Source: an uncultured bacterium
GTDB lineage: Bacteria > Myxococcota_A > CAZTSL01
Direction: 5' to 3'
DNA length: 64,000 nucleotides
NCBI GenBank assembly: GCA_964616915.1
Contig: CAZTSL010000002.1
Location: 12,090-76,089, forward strand
The notes beneath the pieces are model-generated. The model was given only the letters and a program-made list of their open reading frames with translations, made no database searches and was not told the origin of the DNA. This document shows, piece by piece, positions 28,215 through 38,053 of the stretch. The translations under genes were made by a program, and so were the position numbers. Position 1 is the stretch's first letter. Each line of letters begins with the position of its first letter.

Positions 28215-29150
28215 ATGAGAAAGAAGATCGTCCTCCCGCTGGCCTGCGTCGTACTCCTTTGCCCCCTTCCGCTTCGAGGGGAGGAGCCCTTCTACGTGGG
28301 GGTGACGACGCACGCCTATTATTCGTGGGTGGCCAACGTGGCCCAGGGGACACCCGTGGTGATCGTCCCCCTGGTGCCGCCGAACGCAGACCTGCACCAC
28401 TTCGAGCCGAAGGTGGAGGACCTGCGGAAACTGGAACGATTGCAGGCCCTCGTGGCCAACGGTCTGGGACACGATCCCTTCGTCGATCGGCTCCTGGCTG
28501 CTGCCGGCAAGACCGGGATTCCACGGATCGATCTTCACCGGGGAGTGCCCCTCATCCCTTACGCGCGTGGGGTTTCCCACCACCATGGCAATGAACCCCG
28601 GAAGCCCGAACCGTCGGGAAAGACCGCCTACAACCCCCACACCTTCATTTCCCTCACGACCGCGATCCAGCAGATCTACAACATCGAGCAATGGCTCTCC
28701 TCCCTCCTTCCCGGATACCGGGAGGTTTTTCATCGGAATACCCGGGCCTACACGAAGCGGCTGCGCAGACTCAAGGCCAATGCGGCCAAACGCCTGGCCG
28801 AAACGAAGCCCCGTCGGGTCGCCACGGTTCATGACGGCTACGCCTATCTCCTCCAGGAGTTCGGCATTCCGATCGTGACCGTGATCCAACCGAGACACGG
28901 CATCGAACCCTCCGCCCGGGAATTGGCGGAGACGATCGAGACGATCAAGGAGAACGGCGTAGAGGTGATCTTCAGCGAACGCGACTTCCCGAAACCCTAC
29001 GTCGATCTCATCCGCAAGGAGACGGGCTGCAGAATCTACGCCCTCAGCCACATCGGAAGGGGTCCCTACCGACCCGAGACCTTCGAGGAGGAGATCGCCC
29101 GGAACCTCGAGACGATCGTGCGGGCGATGGCAGGAGAAGCGGCCCCATGA
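28215..29150 (+). CDS. Metal ABC-transporter substrate-binding protein (ZnuA/TroA, cluster 9 family) with His-rich loop; orphan
   Basis: Signal MRKKIVLPLACVVLLCPLPLRG, flexible loop GVSHHHGNEPRKPEPSG, typical TroA fold length (311 aa). No znuB/znuC nearby. Confidence 0.7.
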   Translation: MRKKIVLPLACVVLLCPLPLRGEEPFYVGVTTHAYYSWVANVAQGTPVVIVPLVPPNADLHHFEPKVEDLRKLERLQALVANGLGHDPFVDRLLAAAGKTGIPRIDLHRGVPLIPYARGVSHHHGNEPRKPEPSGKTAYNPHTFISLTTAIQQIYNIEQWLSSLLPGYREVFHRNTRAYTKRLRRLKANAAKRLAETKPRRVATVHDGYAYLLQEFGIPIVTVIQPRHGIEPSARELAETIETIKENGVEVIFSERDFPKPYVDLIRKETGCRIYALSHIGRGPYRPETFEEEIARNLETIVRAMAGEAAP

Positions 29151-29262
29151 TCTCACCGGCGCCAGGCGCGGTGGCTCGTGGAGGCGGATCCCCAACCCGC
29201 ATACTTCCCGATCGACCTGCGAAGCGGGCAGGAACGATCCGAACAGAAAGGAACCGACCAGG

Positions 29263-30978
29263 ATGAACGAACACGACCGTGCCACGATCCAGGAATTCTA
29301 CGCCCTCGTCGAAGCCGAATGGGAGCGGGGGTTGCGGGAACACCCCGAGCGAGCCACCTATCTTGGTGACCCTCGCTACAACGACCGCTTCACGGACCAT
29401 TCCCCGGAGGCGATCGAGGCGCGGATGCGCCGGGAGAAGGAAGTTCTCACCCGTCTCGAAGCGATCGATGCCACCCGATGGCCCGAGGAGGATCGGCTCA
29501 ACTACGACCTCTTCCGCAAGGAATACGAGGTTGCGGTGGCCGGGCATCCCTTCCCCGCCCATCTCCTTGCCGTAAGCCCCCTCTACGGCCCTCAGGTGGC
29601 ATTGCCGCAGCTCATGGCGGTCACCCCCTTCCAGACACGGAAGGACTACGAGGACGCGCTGGCCCGGATGGCCGCCTTCCCCCGCCTCGTCGATCAGACG
29701 ATCGACCTCCTTACCCTCGGGATCGAAAGGGGATGGACCCTGCCGGCCGTGACGCTGCGGGGGGTGCCGGACCAGATCGAGGCGCATCTTCGTTCCGCGC
29801 CGGAGGATACCCCCTTCTTCAAACCCTTCGCGAGCTTCCCCCCTACGATCGAACCCTCCCACGGAACGCGGCTGCAAGAGGCGGCCCTCGAACGGATCCG
29901 TGAGGCGCTCCAGCCCGCCTACCGGAAACTCGCCGACTTCCTCGTGAAAGTCTACCTTCCCGCCACGATCGAGACGGTCGGGATGCACGCTCTGCCCGAT
30001 GGCCGGGAGTATTACGACTACTGCTGCCGGCTCTACACGACCACCCCGCTCACCCCCCAGGAGATCCACGAGATCGGCAAAGAGGAGGTCAAGCGGATTC
30101 TTGGAGAGAAGAAGGCGTTGATCGAAGAGATCGGATTCGCGGGGGATCACGCGGCCTTTCTCGAATTCCTCCGCACCGACCCCCGCTTCTATTACGAGGA
30201 TGCGCAGACTTATCTGCGGGACTACCGCGACATCTGCAAGCGGATCGATCCGATGCTCCCGAAGCTCTTCAAGACGCTCCCCCGGATCCCCTATGGCGTG
30301 ATCCCGGTTCCCGACTATGCCGCACCCTCCTCTCCCGGCGCTTACTATCAGCCCCCGGCACCCGATGGTTCCCGCCCCGGCTACTTCTTCGCGAACACCT
30401 ACGATCTGCCCTCCCGTCCGAAGTACGAGATGGAGGTGCTCGCCCTCCACGAGACCGTGCCGGGCCATCATCTCCAGATGGCGCTGGCACTCGAGCGGAC
30501 CGACCTCCCCCCCTTCCGGAAGCACGGCTTCCATACGGCCTTCATCGAGGGGTGGGGGCTCTACGCGGAAGGGCTCGGTGAAACACTCGGCCTCTACACC
30601 GATCCCTACTCGAAGTTCGGCCGGCTCTCCAACGAGATCTGGCGCGCCTGCCGCCTCGTCGTCGATACCGGGCTTCACGCCTTTCAGTGGCGCAGAGAAG
30701 ATGCGATCGCCTACATGAAGGCGCATACGGCCAACACGGATCACGACATCGAAGTCGAGGTCGATCGTTACCTCGTGATGCCAGGACAGGCGCTCGCCTA
30801 CAAGATCGGGGAGATCCGGATCCGCCGGCTCGTGGAGAAGGCCCGCGAATCCCTCGGAACTCACTTCGACATCCGCGATTTCCACGACCTCCTCCTGCGA
30901 AACGGGCCACTGCCCCTCGATCTTCTCGAGGCCCAGGTCGATGGCTACCTCGAGGCTCATCCCACGACCCGCGGATGA
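29263..30978 (+). CDS. DUF885-family protein (predicted metallopeptidase-like)
   Basis: HETVPGHHLQ zinc-binding-like motif and overall DUF885 composition, 571 aa. Confidence 0.6.
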   Translation: MNEHDRATIQEFYALVEAEWERGLREHPERATYLGDPRYNDRFTDHSPEAIEARMRREKEVLTRLEAIDATRWPEEDRLNYDLFRKEYEVAVAGHPFPAHLLAVSPLYGPQVALPQLMAVTPFQTRKDYEDALARMAAFPRLVDQTIDLLTLGIERGWTLPAVTLRGVPDQIEAHLRSAPEDTPFFKPFASFPPTIEPSHGTRLQEAALERIREALQPAYRKLADFLVKVYLPATIETVGMHALPDGREYYDYCCRLYTTTPLTPQEIHEIGKEEVKRILGEKKALIEEIGFAGDHAAFLEFLRTDPRFYYEDAQTYLRDYRDICKRIDPMLPKLFKTLPRIPYGVIPVPDYAAPSSPGAYYQPPAPDGSRPGYFFANTYDLPSRPKYEMEVLALHETVPGHHLQMALALERTDLPPFRKHGFHTAFIEGWGLYAEGLGETLGLYTDPYSKFGRLSNEIWRACRLVVDTGLHAFQWRREDAIAYMKAHTANTDHDIEVEVDRYLVMPGQALAYKIGEIRIRRLVEKARESLGTHFDIRDFHDLLLRNGPLPLDLLEAQVDGYLEAHPTTRG

Positions 30979-31340
30979 ACTTTCTTTCCCCTCCAGGCGA
31001 AAAAAGTTCCAGGCTCCGGCATTTCTTTGGCGCTTCCCCTCGAGGTCGGCGTTTCCTCTGCCGATATTGTTGGAGTTGCCGACGCCCCCTGTCGTCAAAC
31101 TCCACAGGGAACACACCGGGTGGGGATGTCCCTCTTTACAGGAAAAGGAAAGCGATCGAAGGGAATCTTTGGGGAAAGGTGGATATCTGCTGCGAATCTG
31201 CCCCGATTCCTGGGGAAAGAGCGTTGATGGTATAGGACTTGCTTTCTCTTCCGTTGTCCGTTCCACGATGCGGATGACCACTCCAAAACCGTGCGGTCTG
31301 CCCCTGGGGGCAAGTCAGGGTCTTTGGAGGAGGGTGTCCC

Positions 31341-31363
31341 AATGTTGTACAATGTTGTACAAT
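31341..31363. promoter_or_regulatory. Tandem perfect palindrome TTGTACAA-TG-TTGTACAA (operator-like) about 95 bp upstream of the first small-peptide gene
   Basis: aaTGTTGTACAATGTTGTACAATcg read at 31341-31363. The two 8-bp palindromes are offset by 10 bp (31345-31352 and 31355-31362), one helical turn, in an AT-richer region. Confidence 0.4.
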
Positions 31364-31456
31364 CGCCGCACACGGACAAGGCGGTTTCTTCACGGCACGG
31401 GGCTTCGCCCCGCTCGTGAGACAACGCAACCCTCAAACCCTTTTGGAGGAAGTCGG

Positions 31457-31753
31457 ATGAAACGGATTCTTTGCATGTTGACCCTCGCGATCATGGGTCT
31501 CTCCCTCGTCGGCGCCTCGGCGCCCATGAACGTGGACAACACGTGCAACATCGAGGCGGTGAACTACACCCCCGCCGACATGGATGCCCTCGGCATCGGT
31601 GACGGCAGCGTCATCAAGGATCTCTGCAACCGCGCCTGCGAGGCGGGCCGCGAGAAGTGCGTCGCCCAGGACCAGGGCCGTGGCATCATCGAAAATCTCT
31701 GCAACAAGATCTTCGATGCCTGCTCGGCCAAGTGCGATTCGATCGGCGGCTGA
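31457..31753 (+). CDS. Small secreted cysteine-rich peptide (98 aa precursor, six Cys in mature part), copy 1
   Basis: MKRILCMLTLAIMGLSLVGASAPMNVDNTCNIEAVNYTPADMDALGIGDGSVIKDLCNRACEAGREKCVAQDQGRGIIENLCNKIFDACSAKCDSIGG. Sec signal peptide, ends GG. Confidence 0.7.
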   Translation: MKRILCMLTLAIMGLSLVGASAPMNVDNTCNIEAVNYTPADMDALGIGDGSVIKDLCNRACEAGREKCVAQDQGRGIIENLCNKIFDACSAKCDSIGG

Positions 31754-31823
31754 ACCCCGGCTTCATCGCTCGCAAGGTCGATTCCCTGAATTCCAAGCCT
31801 GAATGGAAACCATGGAGTGAATC

Positions 31824-32123
31824 ATGAAGAAAGTCATTACCGTCCTGAGTCTCTCCCTCATCCTTGGCCTCTCCCTCGTCGGCGCCTCGGCGCCCATGAA
31901 CGTGGACAACACGTGCAACATCGAGGCGGTGAACTACACCCCCGCCGACATGGATGCCCTCGGCATCGGTGACGGCAGCGTCATCAAGGATCTCTGCAAC
32001 CGCGCCTGCGAGGCGGGCCGCGAGAAGTGCGTCGCCCAGGACCAGGGCCGCGGCATCATCGAGGGACTCTGCAACAAGATCTTCGACGCCTGCTCGGCGA
32101 AGTGTGAGTCGATCGGCGGCTGA
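31824..32123 (+). CDS. Small secreted cysteine-rich peptide, copy 2 (tandem paralogue)
   Basis: MKKVITVLSLSLILGLSLVGASAPMNVDNTC...CESIGG. The mature part is about 97 % identical to copy 1, with about 190 nt identical at DNA level. Different signal peptide. Own RBS-like ggagtgaatcATG. Confidence 0.7.
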   Translation: MKKVITVLSLSLILGLSLVGASAPMNVDNTCNIEAVNYTPADMDALGIGDGSVIKDLCNRACEAGREKCVAQDQGRGIIEGLCNKIFDACSAKCESIGG

Positions 32124-32401
32124 TCGCAAGGATCCCTTTCCGACCGGACCTCCCGGAAGGATCTGGTCCACGCATCGCGTCGAAAGGACCTTCTGGGGTG
32201 CCGGTCACCGGCCGGCACGGCCCAGTTCCGGTCCACGGAACGAGACGAGAGGACGCTTCATCGAGGGTGTCCTCTCGTCTTCGCTTTTGAGGGGGAGTGC
32301 CCTCTCCTACGCTCCCCCCCGCAAATGCGGATGCCGGAATGTTTCAAAGGGGCGCCGACGGAGGGACGGTGTGCCCCCGCGGCGCTCCTCCCTCCCGGGA
32401 G

Positions 32402-32596
32402 ATGCGAATGCCGGAATTCACGAAGCTCATGAAGCTCATCGTCATGATCCTGCTCGGTAGTCTTCTCTTCGCCCTCTTGCTCCGAAGACTGGCCACCCTT
32501 CCCATCGAGCCGAAGTTCGAGGAGGGTCGAGGTGCCGCCTATCGAGTGATCTCACCGGCCCACGGTTCTCCGAGCCCTGCTGCGATGCGGGCGTAG
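32402..32596 (+). CDS. Possible small single-TM protein (64 aa); overlaps the 3' end of convergent ansA, doubtful
   Basis: MRMPEFTKLMKLIVMILLGSLLFALLLRRLATLPIEPKFEEGRG... GC3-rich codons, but 58-nt convergent overlap with ansA. Confidence 0.2.
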   Translation: MRMPEFTKLMKLIVMILLGSLLFALLLRRLATLPIEPKFEEGRGAAYRVISPAHGSPSPAAMRA

Positions 32597-33531
32597 TCCC
32601 CCCCTGTTCTTGCGATCAGGCACTTGAGCTTGAGGAGCGCCGCCTCGCTCGTCATGTCTCCGGCCGAGAGGGCTCCCGCCTGCGCCGCTGCTTCTCCACA
32701 CGCATAGAGGGAGAGATCGACGCCGCCGTAGAGACACTGGCTCGTGATCACGACCGGGATTCCCTTTCCGGTGCACCGGGCGATCAACTCGAGGAAACCG
32801 CCCGATTCGACCGGGATGTTCCCCGCCCCGAAGGCCTCGAGGACGATCCCCTCGATTCCGCACTCGAGCACCCGTTCGATCGCGGTCGTGCGCATGCCGG
32901 GGAAGAGCTTGATGAAGGCCACGTTCGTGGAGAGTTCCGTGTGGAGCGCGGGCGCGCCCGAGGGCTTCAGGATATGGTCCGAAAGCTCGATATCGAGACC
33001 GATCTGCGCCAGTGGCGGGCAGTTCGGACTCGCAAAGGCGTCGTAGTGCCAGAGATCGATCTTCGTGCTCCGGTTGCCGCGCAGGGCCTGGTCCCCGAAA
33101 CAGATCACGACCTCCGGGATCTCCATCGTGGCGAGAATCGAAGCGGTGACGAGGTTGCTGCGCGCGTCGCTGCGCAATTCCGCCAGGGGGCGTTGGGAAC
33201 CGGTGAGGATCACCGGCTTGGGAAGGTTGCGGAGCATGAAGGAGAGGGCTGTGGCCGTGTAGGCCATCGTATCCGTGCCGTGGAGGACGACGAAGCCGTC
33301 GAAGTGGTCGAGCGCCTCGAAGATCCGGCCGGCAAGGCGGCGCCAATGGGGGGGGCCGATGTTCGAGGAGTCGGTATTGCAGAGGATCTCGAGTTCGATC
33401 TCCGCGATCTGACGGAGTTCCGGCACGATCGAGAGGATCTCGTGGGTGTAGGTGGAAGGGGAGAGGGGACGCGGCCTTCGGGCCTCCATTCCCAGGGTCC
33501 CTCCCGTATGAAGGAAGAGGAGCCGTTTCAT
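32539..33531 (-). CDS. ansA: L-asparaginase, type I
   Basis: N-terminal HTGGTLGM signature, GTDTMAYTA, 330 aa. Confidence 0.85.
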   Translation of the reverse strand: MKRLLFLHTGGTLGMEARRPRPLSPSTYTHEILSIVPELRQIAEIELEILCNTDSSNIGPPHWRRLAGRIFEALDHFDGFVVLHGTDTMAYTATALSFMLRNLPKPVILTGSQRPLAELRSDARSNLVTASILATMEIPEVVICFGDQALRGNRSTKIDLWHYDAFASPNCPPLAQIGLDIELSDHILKPSGAPALHTELSTNVAFIKLFPGMRTTAIERVLECGIEGIVLEAFGAGNIPVESGGFLELIARCTGKGIPVVITSQCLYGGVDLSLYACGEAAAQAGALSAGDMTSEAALLKLKCLIARTGGDYARIAAGLGEPWAGEITR

Positions 33532-33564
33532 CGTCGCCTCCGGCGGGGTCGATCCCCCTTTCGG

Positions 33565-34476
33565 TCACGAAGCCGAAGGGGAGCGGTCCCGCGCATGGGG
33601 GAGGACCTCCCGTTCATACCGCTCGACGCGTTCGAGGACACGGGCACGCGTCGCGATCCCGGAGACACCCGCAGCGCAGACGGCGAAGGACGCCGCGCAT
33701 GTGGCAAAGATCGCCGCTTCCCTGGTATTCCTCCCCTCGGCGAAGGCCACGAGGAAGGCCGCCATGAAGACATCCCCTGCGCCGGTCGGATCGATCGCCT
33801 CGACGGGGAAGGCCGGCAGGTCGATACACGATTCACCCGAGATCACGCGGACCCCTCTGGCACCGCGCGTGAGGAGGAGGATCGGAACCTCTCCGGCGAG
33901 TTCTTCCACGATCTCCGGAAAGGGTGCCACATCCTCCTCCGAGAGGGAGAGGACCGAGATCCGGTCGCGCCAGGCCGATGGGATCCCTTCCCACGCCACG
34001 GCTTCGACACGCCCCCCGCCGGGAGGCCATCGCCGCATGAACCCCTGCGGGGAGAGCCCGATCAATCCCTGGGGGAAGGCTTCGATCACCTCGAGATCGA
34101 CCTCCCGGGCGATCGGGGCGAGATGGACGATCCGGCTCTCCCGTACCGCCTCGGGAAGCGCCGAGACGATCTCCTTCGAGAGGGGGGCGGCCCATGCGTG
34201 AAGCCATTGGGCCCGGCGTCCCGAAACGGGGTCGTAGCGGTTCTCGAAGGTCGTCGTTGCCGGGGCGGGGTGAACGAAGAGATCCACCCCCGCTCCCTCC
34301 AAGAGGGCACGGAAAGCGAAATCCGGCCCGACACGCGTCACGACCGTCACATCTCCTTCGGAAAGGAGCGCGCGCGCCGCAAGTGCAGCGTAGAGCGCCG
34401 CGCCGCCGGGATGGATCCCCTCCGGCACACGGTCGTGACAGAGATGACCGATCGTAAGAAACGCGGGGGGCCTCAA
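33565..34476 (-). CDS. PfkB-family carbohydrate/nucleoside kinase (ribokinase-like)
   Basis: DPTGAGDVFMAAFL (PfkB signature 2), 303 aa. Confidence 0.75.
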   Translation of the reverse strand: MRPPAFLTIGHLCHDRVPEGIHPGGAALYAALAARALLSEGDVTVVTRVGPDFAFRALLEGAGVDLFVHPAPATTTFENRYDPVSGRRAQWLHAWAAPLSKEIVSALPEAVRESRIVHLAPIAREVDLEVIEAFPQGLIGLSPQGFMRRWPPGGGRVEAVAWEGIPSAWRDRISVLSLSEEDVAPFPEIVEELAGEVPILLLTRGARGVRVISGESCIDLPAFPVEAIDPTGAGDVFMAAFLVAFAEGRNTREAAIFATCAASFAVCAAGVSGIATRARVLERVERYEREVLPHARDRSPSAS

Positions 34477-35777
34477 AGCGTTCCCACCATGGAGCGTGTG
34501 GCATGAAACTCGTGGAAGCGACGCTCGATCCGATCCGCGAGGGCGGCGGTCGTCCGATAGCGCACCCGAACCCCCTCTTCCTCGAACGCCTCTTCCAGGA
34601 TCCGGGCCATCTCCCGGATCTCCCGTACGAACCCTTGCTCCTCGTAGCGCAGCCGCAACGAACGATCGACCATCCCCCGCTCGAAGAAGGTGAAGATCTG
34701 GCGCTCGAGCGTTTCGATCCCCTCCCCCGTCTCGCCGGAGACGCAGATCCCGTCGGGGAAACGGCGGCGCAAGAGGTTGAAGAGCGCCGGATCCGTCACC
34801 CGATCGATCTTGTTGAAGACGTGGAGACGTGGGGTTCCCTGCAAGCCGAGATCGCTCAGGATCCGATCGGTCGTGGCGATCTGCTGCGCAAAGGCGGGGT
34901 GGGAGAGATCGACGACGTGAAGGAGGAGGTCCGCCTCCGCCACCTCCTCGAGCGTGCTCTTGAAGGAGGCCACCAGGTGCGGGGGGAGCTTCTTGATGAA
35001 GCCGACGGTATCGATGAGCAAGACGGGGGGGCGAAGTTCGTTGGGCAGGCGACTCACCTTGGCATCGAGCGTGGCAAAGAGCCGGTCCGCGACCAGGACT
35101 TCGGAATCGGTCAAGGCGCGCAGGAGCGTCGATTTCCCCGCATTCGTGTAGCCTACGAGGGCTACGGTGAAGCAGTTGCGCCGTCTCTTGCGCCGCGTCT
35201 CACGGCGGGCGCGGATCACCGCCAGTTCCCGCTCCAGTTTCTGGATCCGTTCCCGCACGATTCGCCGGTCGAGTTCGATCTGCGATTCTCCGGCTTCCCG
35301 AAGACCGATCCCCCCCCGTTGCCGGTGCAGGTGGCCCCAGCGCCGGGCCAGCCGGGGAAGGAGGTAGGAGAGGCGGGCGATCTCCACCTGGATCGCCGCT
35401 TCCTTCGTGCGGGCGTTACGCGCGAAGATCTCGAGGATCAACTCGGTGCGGTCGAGGATCCGTCGCTCGATGACCCGCTCCAGGTTTCGGGCCTGAGCCG
35501 GGGAGAGATCGTCGTCGAAAATCACCGTATCGGCATCGAGCGCCCTGGCCTGCGCTGCGATCTCCCGAACTTTCCCCTCCCCCACGAAGTAGGTCGCATC
35601 GATCGCCTCCCGCCGTTGGGTGATCCGACCGACCGTCGTGATCTGTGCGGTCTGTGCCAGCCGGGAGAGTTCATCGAGGGCCTCCGTGAGTTCGTCCGCG
35701 CCTTGCGCGGGATGGCGTACCCCCACCAGGAGAGCTTTCTCGGATGTTTCTTTCTGAAGCGTATCGCGATTTCTCAA
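34473..35777 (-). CDS. hflX: GTPase HflX
   Basis: HflX N-domain, G-domain motifs GYTNAGKST (G1), DTVGF (G3) and NKID (G4). 4-nt overlap with the pfkB-like gene. Confidence 0.85.
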   Translation of the reverse strand: MRNRDTLQKETSEKALLVGVRHPAQGADELTEALDELSRLAQTAQITTVGRITQRREAIDATYFVGEGKVREIAAQARALDADTVIFDDDLSPAQARNLERVIERRILDRTELILEIFARNARTKEAAIQVEIARLSYLLPRLARRWGHLHRQRGGIGLREAGESQIELDRRIVRERIQKLERELAVIRARRETRRKRRRNCFTVALVGYTNAGKSTLLRALTDSEVLVADRLFATLDAKVSRLPNELRPPVLLIDTVGFIKKLPPHLVASFKSTLEEVAEADLLLHVVDLSHPAFAQQIATTDRILSDLGLQGTPRLHVFNKIDRVTDPALFNLLRRRFPDGICVSGETGEGIETLERQIFTFFERGMVDRSLRLRYEEQGFVREIREMARILEEAFEEEGVRVRYRTTAALADRIERRFHEFHATRSMVGTL

Positions 35778-36240
35778 GGTCGTTTCGAGCTTTCTCCTCT
35801 GTTGTGTACGGCTCGTTCTTCCCGGCGCTTTCTCCCTGCGCTCCCCCCTTCTATCATTCTAGGAACTCCGAGCGGCCTTGTCAAGGGAAAGGCTTCATTG
35901 GACACCCGACCCGGATTCCTCGATGGCGACGCCCGACTTGACAAGGAGATCTTTTTTCCATAGATTCACGGATGATCCGGAAGGGGAGAACCTCGGAGAG
36001 GAACGGGGGCCCCTTCCTGCCGGACCGGATGACGTGATCCACTCTTCCCGCACACCGTGGAGCGGGAGAGATTCGGGGTGGAGGCCCCCCTGTTTCGCCG
36101 GTCGTCCACCCCGATCTTGCTTTGCCGGACCTGCCTTCTTCCCCTGCTGCACGACCCCACGCCGTCCCCCTTCATCCCCCGGAAGAAATCGGGATGGAAA
36201 CCGAAAAGCGGCCTCTCCAAGGGGAGCCGCCGATCGGAGA

Positions 36241-36263
36241 AATCACCGGTGAAACCGGTGATT
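36241..36263. promoter_or_regulatory. Perfect 10-bp-stem palindrome AATCACCGGT-GAA-ACCGGTGATT about 80 bp upstream of sat/cysC in the hflX-sat divergent region
   Basis: Read directly at 36241-36263. Candidate operator or 5'-UTR hairpin. Confidence 0.35.
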
Positions 36264-36339
36264 CATCCTGGATGCCCTGCGAGATGTCGGGAAGACGGGT
36301 AGATCTCCCGCAAACCAGAAAACCGAAAAAGGAGAAAAG

Positions 36340-38049
36340 ATGTCTGAACTGATCCAGCCGCACGGTGGCGAACTCAAGGAACTTTGCGTCCGGGGACCGG
36401 AACTCGAAGCACTCAAGAAGGAAGCGCTCGAGTTGCCTTCGATCACGCTGACGGAGCGGCAGCTCTGTGATATCGAACTCCTCCTCAACGGCGGCTTCTC
36501 CCCCCTCACAGGATTCATGAACCGGGAGACCTACGAGCGCGTCGTCTCGGAGATGCGATTGCCCGACGGAACGCTCTGGCCGATGCCGATCACGCTCGAC
36601 CTGCCGGCGGAGCGGGCGGAGACCCTCTCGAAGGGGGACCGGGTGGCACTCCGTGAGCCGGAGGGGATGCTCCTTGCGGTGATGACGGTGGACGAGGTCT
36701 GGGAACCGGACAAGACGCGCGAAGCCCAGCTCGTCTTCGGGACCGAGGACGATACGCACCCCGCGGTCGATTACCTGATGCACACGGCGGGGAGCCACTA
36801 CGTGGGAGGAACACTCCAGGGCGTGCAGCTCCCCCACCACTACGACTTCCTGCGGCTGCGGCACACGCCGGCGGAACTGCGCGAGCATTTCCGGAAGCTG
36901 GGGTGGCGCAGGGTCGTGGCCTTCCAGACGCGCAACCCGATGCACCGCGCCCACAAGGAGCTGACCGTCCGTGCCGCCAAGGAGGTGGAGGCCAACCTTC
37001 TCATTCACCCCGTGGTCGGGATGACGAAGCCGGGGGATGTCGATCATTTCACGCGGGTGCGCTGTTACGAGAAGATCATGCCGAAGTATCCGCACGGAAC
37101 CGCGATGTTGAGCCTTCTCCCCCTGGCGATGCGGATGGCCGGCCCGCGAGAGGCGCTCTGGCATGCGATCATCCGCAAGAACTACGGATGCACCCACTTC
37201 ATCGTCGGACGCGACCATGCTGGCCCCGGCAACGACAGGAACGGAAAACCCTTCTACGGGCCCTACGACGCGCAGGAGATGGTCGCCCGCTACGCCGACG
37301 AACTCGGTGTCCAGATGGTCCCCTTCAAGCTGATGGTCTACGTGGAGGACCGTGCGGAGTACATGCCGATCGATGAGGTACCGCCGGAGAGCCGGACCCT
37401 GACGATCTCCGGCACGGAGCTGCGCCGCCGCCTCAACGAAGGGCTCGATATTCCGGAGTGGTTCACCTATCCCGAGGTCGTCGAGGAGCTGCACGTCTCG
37501 CATCCGCCGCGCAGCAAGCAGGGCTTCACCGTCTTCTTCACCGGCCTCTCCGGCTCCGGGAAATCGACGATCGCCAACGCCCTCATGGTCGCCTTCCTCG
37601 AGGAGGGACGCCGTCCCGTGACCCTCCTCGACGGGGACATCGTGCGCACGAATCTTTCGAGTGAACTCGGCTTCTCCAAGGAGCACCGTGACCTCAACAT
37701 CCGCCGGATCGCCTTCGTGGCCAGCGAGATCACGAAGAACCACGGGATCGCGATCTGCGCCCCGATCGCGCCCTACGCCGAGGCCCGCCGCTACGCCCGC
37801 AAGCTGATCGAGCAGTACGGCGGCTTCATCGAGGTTCACATCTCGACCGATATCTCCGTGTGCGAACAGCGGGATCGCAAGGGGCTCTACGCCAAGGCGC
37901 GTCAGGGTCTCATCAAGGGGTTCACCGGCATCGATGACCCCTATGAGGTTCCGGAGAATCCGGAACTCCGCATCGATACCGCCGAGGTGAGCGTCACCGA
38001 GGCGGTCCAGCGGATCCTCCTCCACCTCGAGAAGGAAGGCTACATCTGA
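36340..38049 (+). CDS. sat: Bifunctional sulfate adenylyltransferase (ATP sulfurylase) / adenylylsulfate (APS) kinase
   Basis: N-terminal ATP-sulfurylase domain ([21 protein letters not shown]) fused to APS kinase ([18 protein letters not shown]-loop). RBS aaaggagaaaagATG. Confidence 0.9.
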   Translation: MSELIQPHGGELKELCVRGPELEALKKEALELPSITLTERQLCDIELLLNGGFSPLTGFMNRETYERVVSEMRLPDGTLWPMPITLDLPAERAETLSKGDRVALREPEGMLLAVMTVDEVWEPDKTREAQLVFGTEDDTHPAVDYLMHTAGSHYVGGTLQGVQLPHHYDFLRLRHTPAELREHFRKLGWRRVVAFQTRNPMHRAHKELTVRAAKEVEANLLIHPVVGMTKPGDVDHFTRVRCYEKIMPKYPHGTAMLSLLPLAMRMAGPREALWHAIIRKNYGCTHFIVGRDHAGPGNDRNGKPFYGPYDAQEMVARYADELGVQMVPFKLMVYVEDRAEYMPIDEVPPESRTLTISGTELRRRLNEGLDIPEWFTYPEVVEELHVSHPPRSKQGFTVFFTGLSGSGKSTIANALMVAFLEEGRRPVTLLDGDIVRTNLSSELGFSKEHRDLNIRRIAFVASEITKNHGIAICAPIAPYAEARRYARKLIEQYGGFIEVHISTDISVCEQRDRKGLYAKARQGLIKGFTGIDDPYEVPENPELRIDTAEVSVTEAVQRILLHLEKEGYI

Positions 38050-38053
38050 TCCG

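Noticed and set aside
24766-28524. Minus-strand ORFs 24766..26241, 26722..28524 and 27996..29285
   Set aside because: They overlap the PKS KR/DH/PPTase region and the ZnuA-like gene on the + strand. Compositions are Arg/Gly/Asp-rich antisense artefacts.
29044-31281. 745 aa minus-strand ORF
   Set aside because: Antisense of the DUF885 gene, which has a HExxH-like motif and balanced composition on the + strand.
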